The translations under genes and the position numbers were made by a program. Shown here in pieces: positions 45,461-50,723 of a stretch of 50,723 nt of DNA. Each line of letters starts with the position of its first letter. Position 1 is the stretch's first letter. The stretch comes from Acetofilamentum sp. GTDB taxonomy: Bacteria; Bacteroidota; Bacteroidia; Bacteroidales; JAFGUD01. A model generated the notes under the pieces. It saw nothing but the letters and a program-made list of their open reading frames with translations. It made no database searches and was not told the origin of the DNA. Location: NCBI GenBank assembly GCA_020722645.1, contig DYKL01000001.1:1-50723 (forward strand), given 5' to 3'.

Positions 45461-46474
45461 ATGAAAACAAAAGCAAAATATTTTGTTCAATTAGAAAATA
45501 AATTAGTAAAATGCACTCTATGTCCTCACGAGTGCATTTTATCTTTAAATAAATATGGTATATGCCGAACCCGTAAAAACATTGACGGAGAGTTGTTTAC
45601 ATTAGCATATTCTAATCCATGTGCCGTCAACATTGACCCCATTGAAAAAAAACCTCTTTTTCATTTTTTACCCGGCACTCAGACTTTTTCTATTGCTACA
45701 GCAGGTTGCAATTTAGCTTGCTTAAATTGTCAAAACCACACAATTTCGCAGGTATCTCCCGAACAAACAGATAATTACAACTTAATACCTCAACAAGTTG
45801 TAGAATCAACAATAAAAAACAATTGTCAATCAATTTCTTATACTTACACAGACCCCGTAGCCTTTTATGAATATACATTAGACACAGCAAAAATTGCAAA
45901 AAAAAACAATATAAAAAATGTAATTGTTAGTGCAGGTTACATTAATCAAGAACCATTACTTGAACTTATACCTTATATAGATGCAGCTAATATTGATTTA
46001 AAAAACTTCTGCAATAATACATATAAAAAAATTAACCATGCAACATTAGAACCAATATTAAACACACTTAAAACACTAAAAAAATATAATGTTTGGTTAG
46101 AAATTACATATCTTCTCATACCGGATATAAACTCATCTAATCAAATGCTTAATGATGTTTGTAAATGGCTTAAAGAAAACAATCTTTCTGATGTTCCACT
46201 GCATTTTAGCAGATTTTATCCAACATATAAATTGAATAATATTTCGCCCACAAGCCTTGATTTGTTAAAAAAAGCGTTCAATATTGCTAAAAATAACAAT
46301 ATAAAATATGTTTACATAGGAAACGTTGCCGGAACGAATTTTGAGAATACAATTTGCCCTAATTGTAACAGAACTATAATTGAAAGGATTGGTTTTAAAG
46401 TAAAAACTAATAATATTTCAAATTCAAAATGTAAATTTTGCGAATGCATAATAGATGGCATTTGGGATAATTAA
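45461..46474 (+). CDS. amrS: AmmeMemoRadiSam-system-type radical SAM enzyme
   Basis: 337 aa. N-terminal CTLCPHEC..GICRTR, IDPIEKKPLFHFLPG, radical SAM CNLACLNC, C-terminal CPNC..CKFC. Confidence 0.78.
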   Translation: MKTKAKYFVQLENKLVKCTLCPHECILSLNKYGICRTRKNIDGELFTLAYSNPCAVNIDPIEKKPLFHFLPGTQTFSIATAGCNLACLNCQNHTISQVSPEQTDNYNLIPQQVVESTIKNNCQSISYTYTDPVAFYEYTLDTAKIAKKNNIKNVIVSAGYINQEPLLELIPYIDAANIDLKNFCNNTYKKINHATLEPILNTLKTLKKYNVWLEITYLLIPDINSSNQMLNDVCKWLKENNLSDVPLHFSRFYPTYKLNNISPTSLDLLKKAFNIAKNNNIKYVYIGNVAGTNFENTICPNCNRTIIERIGFKVKTNNISNSKCKFCECIIDGIWDN

Positions 46475-46482
46475 AAAAGAAA

Positions 46483-47472
46483 ATGTTAAAAAACTTTCAG
46501 AAATACACATTCAGCAGTATTATTATTACAGTTATTATCTCAATAATAATTCTGTTTTCCACTTATATTATAAAACCACAAATAAATAACGATATATATA
46601 CCACACCTTTTTATAATTTTATTTTCAGATGGTTTAATAATTCAAAAAATTGGCTGATTCTTGCAGGAATATTCTTAATTATGATTCAAGCAACTTTTTT
46701 GGCTCTATATACAAATAAAGACAAATTGTTTGGAGTTAATACTTTTGTTGTAGCAATTTTATTTATTGTTTTAAATTCACACCCATCTTTACATTACTTT
46801 TCTCCGGTTTTAATTTCTAATACTATAATTATTGTTTCATTAGGCACATTTTTCAAAACTGTCAAAGAAAAAAAATCAACAAATGAATTTTTAAAAATCT
46901 CAATTTTACTGGCAATTGCATCATTATTTTACTTCCAGTATATTCTTATTATTATGTTTGCGATTGTTTCAATATTTATAATAAGATCAAAACCTACCAA
47001 AGAAATTTTTTCTGTTATTTTTGGATTTATTTTGGTTTACGTCTTTTTTTATGAATCATATTTTTTGATAAACGGAACATGGTTCAGTTTCAATCCATTT
47101 TTTGAAAGTATTTCGATTAAAACATTAAAATTAGATAACACAGCCATATTTATTGGATTTGGAATATTTATTCTTCTTACATTCGTAATAGCAAACAACC
47201 ACATTCTTCAGAAAATAGCAACTAAGGAAATTGAAAAAAGGACTATTTTTCAGCTTTTATTCTCATTATTTGTCTTTTTCACAATTTCATATGTTGCAAT
47301 TCCAAATGTATCTTTTAACTTTTTAAACTCTTTAAGCATACCTGTCTCTATACTTTTCGGGGATTATGTATCTAATCTGAAACTAAAAAAAATCAATAAA
47401 ATTTATTTTATATTATTAATTTTTTCTTCTTTGGCATTTATAACAGAATTTATTTTAAACAAACTATTTTAA
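46483..47472 (+). CDS. Polytopic membrane protein, unknown function
   Basis: 329 aa, about 9 hydrophobic segments. Confidence 0.68.
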   Translation: MLKNFQKYTFSSIIITVIISIIILFSTYIIKPQINNDIYTTPFYNFIFRWFNNSKNWLILAGIFLIMIQATFLALYTNKDKLFGVNTFVVAILFIVLNSHPSLHYFSPVLISNTIIIVSLGTFFKTVKEKKSTNEFLKISILLAIASLFYFQYILIIMFAIVSIFIIRSKPTKEIFSVIFGFILVYVFFYESYFLINGTWFSFNPFFESISIKTLKLDNTAIFIGFGIFILLTFVIANNHILQKIATKEIEKRTIFQLLFSLFVFFTISYVAIPNVSFNFLNSLSIPVSILFGDYVSNLKLKKINKIYFILLIFSSLAFITEFILNKLF

Positions 47473-47931
47473 AGATTTAATTTTCAGCAAAGTATTAAAT
47501 TCTTTTTTTAATTCCTCGATTTGATTTTTTGATAAAAGAGACAAACTTACGGGAGGGTATGTTCCTGATTTCTTACCTTTTTTGATATGTAAAATTAAAT
47601 TTTTGTTAAAACCTTTAAAGGAATCTTTAATTTCGTATTTGTCAAATTCATCTAGTTGTATTTCATAAGCTTTAAATTTAGATAAAAAAGGATGTGGATT
47701 AAAAAACCTGATTACAAAACTTTTGTATTTTGTTTCAAATGAAAAATAGTATGGCTTTTTAAAAAAGAAAAAAATATAAATAAAAATCAAAACAATTCCA
47801 ATAATCAATAATATTATATTATAGTCAACAGGGTTTGAAAAATAAAACACCAGACTTACTACGAAAGAAATTATCAACAAAGGAAAAATTAAACGGTATG
47901 GAGCTGCTTTTTTAAAATTTTCGATTTTCAT
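47464..47931 (-). CDS. Two-TM membrane protein, unknown function
   Basis: 155 aa. Two N-terminal TM segments and a basic soluble C-terminus. Confidence 0.62.
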   Translation of the reverse strand: MKIENFKKAAPYRLIFPLLIISFVVSLVFYFSNPVDYNIILLIIGIVLIFIYIFFFFKKPYYFSFETKYKSFVIRFFNPHPFLSKFKAYEIQLDEFDKYEIKDSFKGFNKNLILHIKKGKKSGTYPPVSLSLLSKNQIEELKKEFNTLLKIKSLK

Positions 47932-48101
47932 ATTGAGTTTTATTTATGAAAAAACACAAAAAACAAATTTTGACTTTAACTTTTTAAAAGAAAATACAAA
48001 AGTAAATCATTTTAAGTTCTTTTAAAAATTACTTTGAAATTGATAAATTTTTAAAAAAAAAATCACTAAAAAATTCGTTTTTACTGAAATAATAGAACAA
48101 A

Positions 48102-49588
48102 CTATTCCAATTTGACTATTTTGAAAACTTTCACATTGTTTTTGGTCTTAATATTCAAAAATTAAACCGAATTCTGAAAGTTTGACAAATCTAAACTATT
48201 TTTAGTACTAAAATTATCGGAATGAAATATTAAACAACCATTTATATCATAAATTATTAAATTTACCACATCAACAGGCTCCCCATCTTCTGATGCTTGA
48301 ATTGTTATCAAATTGTTTGTTGGATTAGGATATGTAATTATTTCGCAATAGGTTGTTTCGTTAATAAAAGTACTATTATTAAAATTAGTGTAAAGATATG
48401 CCGAGCCTGAATTATTCCCGAAAATATCATCTGAATGAGCTCCGACCATTAAAACATTGTCATATATATTGACAGATATCCCAAAATTATCACCTGCGCT
48501 TGCATCAGAAGACACTATTTTGTAATAATACTGCCATGAGTTGCCAATAAATCTATAAATATATACAGCTCCGGTTGATGGTCTTTGACTATTATCGCCT
48601 CTACAACCTATGGCTAAAAATTTCCTGAAATACATATATCATGTCCAAAATTCTTATCATTAAATTTTTCGTCAAATGGTTTAATTTTTTGAAAAAAAGT
48701 CCAATTTTCATTTTCTTTTCGATAAATATAAACTGCTCCACAATTCAAATAACCATCAGTATCATGTGTATATGCACCAATTGCGATAAAATCACCGTAA
48801 ATTGAGGCAGTCCAACCAAATCTATCATCATCACTTCCATCTTCATGGTATAAAAAATCAGTCATAACCCATTGACCATTATTGCGTTCATAAACATAGG
48901 CGGTTACGGAACTTATGTTATTATATTTTCATCCAGAAGCAGTAACTAAAAGAGTAGAATCAATAATATTAACTTTGGTACCAAAATATTCATTACTTTG
49001 TGAGTTGGGTGGATATAAAACTTGGTTTTCAACCTATTGATTGTCTTGTTTCTCAAAACAATAAACAGCACCACTATGATAACTTGCATTATTACAATAT
49101 ATAGCACCTGATACTGCAAAATTTTCAGGAAAATCTATTGATTTACCAAAACTGGCGTTTGAATAATTTGTTTCAGGAAATATTTCACTATACAAAACCC
49201 ACGATCCATTGGATCTGTTGAACTAATATAATTCACCATCTCCTGTGTAGTACTGAAAAGCTCCAACATACAAATTATTTTCAACCAAACTAAGTTCTTC
49301 GCCGAAAAAATTATCATCTATACCGTTTGGATGCATAATAATTTCGTCAAAAGTCCAATTTTCTCCACTATTTTTAAAAATATAAATAGCCCCATGCTCA
49401 ACACCATAATTATTAGAATATTTTTTGGATCCAATAAACATATCTTTACCGTTCATTAATAAGGCTCTGACAAAATAATCATCATCGCTACCAAATGGTG
49501 GTACTATTTTTATCTCTTGAACTCTATTTTGTGTAAATAAATTTAAAGAGATAAAAAATAAAAACAAAATGTAAATAAACTTTTACAT
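48102..49588 (-). pseudogene. Decayed gene for a T9SS-secreted FG-GAP-like beta-propeller repeat protein
   Basis: One reading frame runs from the ATG at 49588 to about 48620, interrupted by TAA (49583-49585), TAG (49223-49225), TAG (49034-49036) and TGA (48929-48931). A 1-nt shift follows in an A5/T5 run (48616-48620). TAA at 48162-48164 is followed in frame by FLNIKTKNNVKVFKIVKLE, which completes a T9SS CTD (YPNPTNNLITIQ...). There are 6-7 repeats of the D..FG..I...G....GA......G.VYIY.....W pattern. Confidence 0.82.
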
Positions 49589-49675
49589 TTTTTTTAAAAA
49601 TTAATAAAAAAATATCTTAAATTACAAACTGTGAGAATCTATAAAATTGTTAATGAACTTTTGGTTAATAAATCG

Positions 49676-50461
49676 TCAAATTTGGTCAGTTAATTCATAA
49701 TTCAATTTTTTTAGTAAATCAGAATTTTCTTTTAAAAATTCTTTATATGAATCATCATCAAAATAATTTTTATAATCACCAATTATGCCTTTTCTAGCAG
49801 AGACACTAGTAGTTTTGCGACCTTTTAGTAGATTGAATAATTTTCTGATTTTTCTATTTTTAAATTTATATTTTTTTAATCTTATATCAATTATTTTATT
49901 TTTTAATTTTAATTCAAATTTATTTGCAATATCTTGAATAGTCTTTTCGTAATTAAGATTTAAGTCTTCATATTTTAGAAAAAGTATTTTGTTAGAATAA
50001 ATACTTCTCTCCCATGATTCAATGTGAAACTTCCAAAATTGTATACGATTATATTCTTCTGAAGTTTTATCAAAATTGTGTTTTGTCATTAAAAATTCTT
50101 TAAACGAAATAACTTTTATCTTTTCGTCAAATTTTTTCATAAATTCAAAAAGGGAAACCATCACATCTAAACCATTTCTATACACATAGATAATATTTGA
50201 GTTGAAAAACAAAAGATTGATTTTGTTTCTAAAATCTTGGTTTTCAATATATATATCGAATTGAGGCAAATAATGGGTTTTTATTAAAACGGGTATTTTT
50301 TTTTTGTTAAAATATTCAATTTTTTCTAATGCTAACTTGTAGTTTTCATTTAAAACAATCAATTTTTTTTTATTAAAACCTTGGACATTATTTATTAATG
50401 TATCTAAAGTTAAATGAGTACCCGATCTTCTATGGGTAACAATTATTAGATTTTTATTCAT
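49676..50461 (-). CDS. Sulfotransferase-domain protein (cytosolic SULT-like motifs)
   Basis: 261 aa. THRRSGTHL (5'-PSB), KTHYLP, VYRNGLDVMVS (3'-PB-like). Confidence 0.7.
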   Translation of the reverse strand: MNKNLIIVTHRRSGTHLTLDTLINNVQGFNKKKLIVLNENYKLALEKIEYFNKKKIPVLIKTHYLPQFDIYIENQDFRNKINLLFFNSNIIYVYRNGLDVMVSLFEFMKKFDEKIKVISFKEFLMTKHNFDKTSEEYNRIQFWKFHIESWERSIYSNKILFLKYEDLNLNYEKTIQDIANKFELKLKNKIIDIRLKKYKFKNRKIRKLFNLLKGRKTTSVSARKGIIGDYKNYFDDDSYKEFLKENSDLLKKLNYELTDQI

Positions 50462-50634
50462 TTTTATGTGTTTTGAATAATTGACAAAACTAATTAATTA
50501 TTTAGATTCTTGAAAAGAATTTTGTGTCTTAAAAATTTATAAATAAAACAAAAAATATGTGAAGATTTAGTTATCAAAAACATATTTATTAACCAATATT
50601 ATTCATAATTAATACTGTCGCTTAAAAATAACTA

Positions 50635-50666
50635 CAAATTTGGGTTTTAACGAAGACCCAAATTTG
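50635..50666 (-). terminator. Hairpin, probable terminator of a minus-strand feature lying beyond the right edge
   Basis: caaatttgggt-10 nt loop-acccaaatttg. On the minus strand it is followed by tagttattttt. Confidence 0.4.
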
Positions 50667-50723
50667 AGTTATTCAAACGGAACTTACTTACAACTTTTCA
50701 GGTTTTACAGGCGATAGCTAAGA

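Noticed and set aside
48102-49588. Stop-codon reassignment or programmed read-through as the explanation for the in-frame TAA/TAG/TGA codons
   Set aside because: All three codons terminate conserved genes in this window at the expected protein length (for example polA ends with TAG, 41705-42583 with TGA, radC with TAA). The gene also carries a frameshift and a stop at codon 2.
50667-50723. Possible 3' end of a gene or structured RNA at the right edge
   Set aside because: There is too little sequence to call. Only the adjacent hairpin is reported.

Overview
Very AT-rich window with tightly packed genes, many of them overlapping. It is almost certainly a Bacteroidota chromosome: TAnnTTTG -7 promoter boxes, a T9SS C-terminal sorting domain, an XrtF-like exosortase, a HemD-like/DUF4271 pair and a SPOR/HU-type protein. 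Most of it is housekeeping: polA, dtd, accBC, fabH-rpmF-yceD, panCD, maf, purN, rseP, guaD, radC, rnpA, folK, rfbB, tRNA-Phe. Envelope genes are interspersed. I saw no transposase, integrase, phage gene, CRISPR array or recognisable defence system. The best candidate for an undescribed system is 26.1-32.6 kb. It holds two paralogous ~300-aa proteins that I read as FemAB/GNAT-fold, a MOP flippase, an asparagine-synthase-like enzyme with no glutaminase nucleophile, and a translationally coupled NodB-type deacetylase -> sulfotransferase pair. It contains no glycosyltransferase and is fused by overlapping stop/start codons to the folK-DUF4271-hemD-like-rnpA operon. Its gene content resembles the FemAB/deacetylase/amidotransferase trio of exosortase-A EPS loci, and an exosortase-family gene sits at 3 kb in an operon with two thioredoxin-fold proteins and a beta-barrel. 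The non-coding DNA is also unusually structured. There are three families of intergenic palindromic or MITE-like repeats, and a 482-bp block of abutting palindromic modules splits a histidine kinase from its response regulator. A T9SS-secreted FG-GAP-like gene is decaying, with five in-frame stops and one homopolymer frameshift. All family assignments come from motif reading, not searches.
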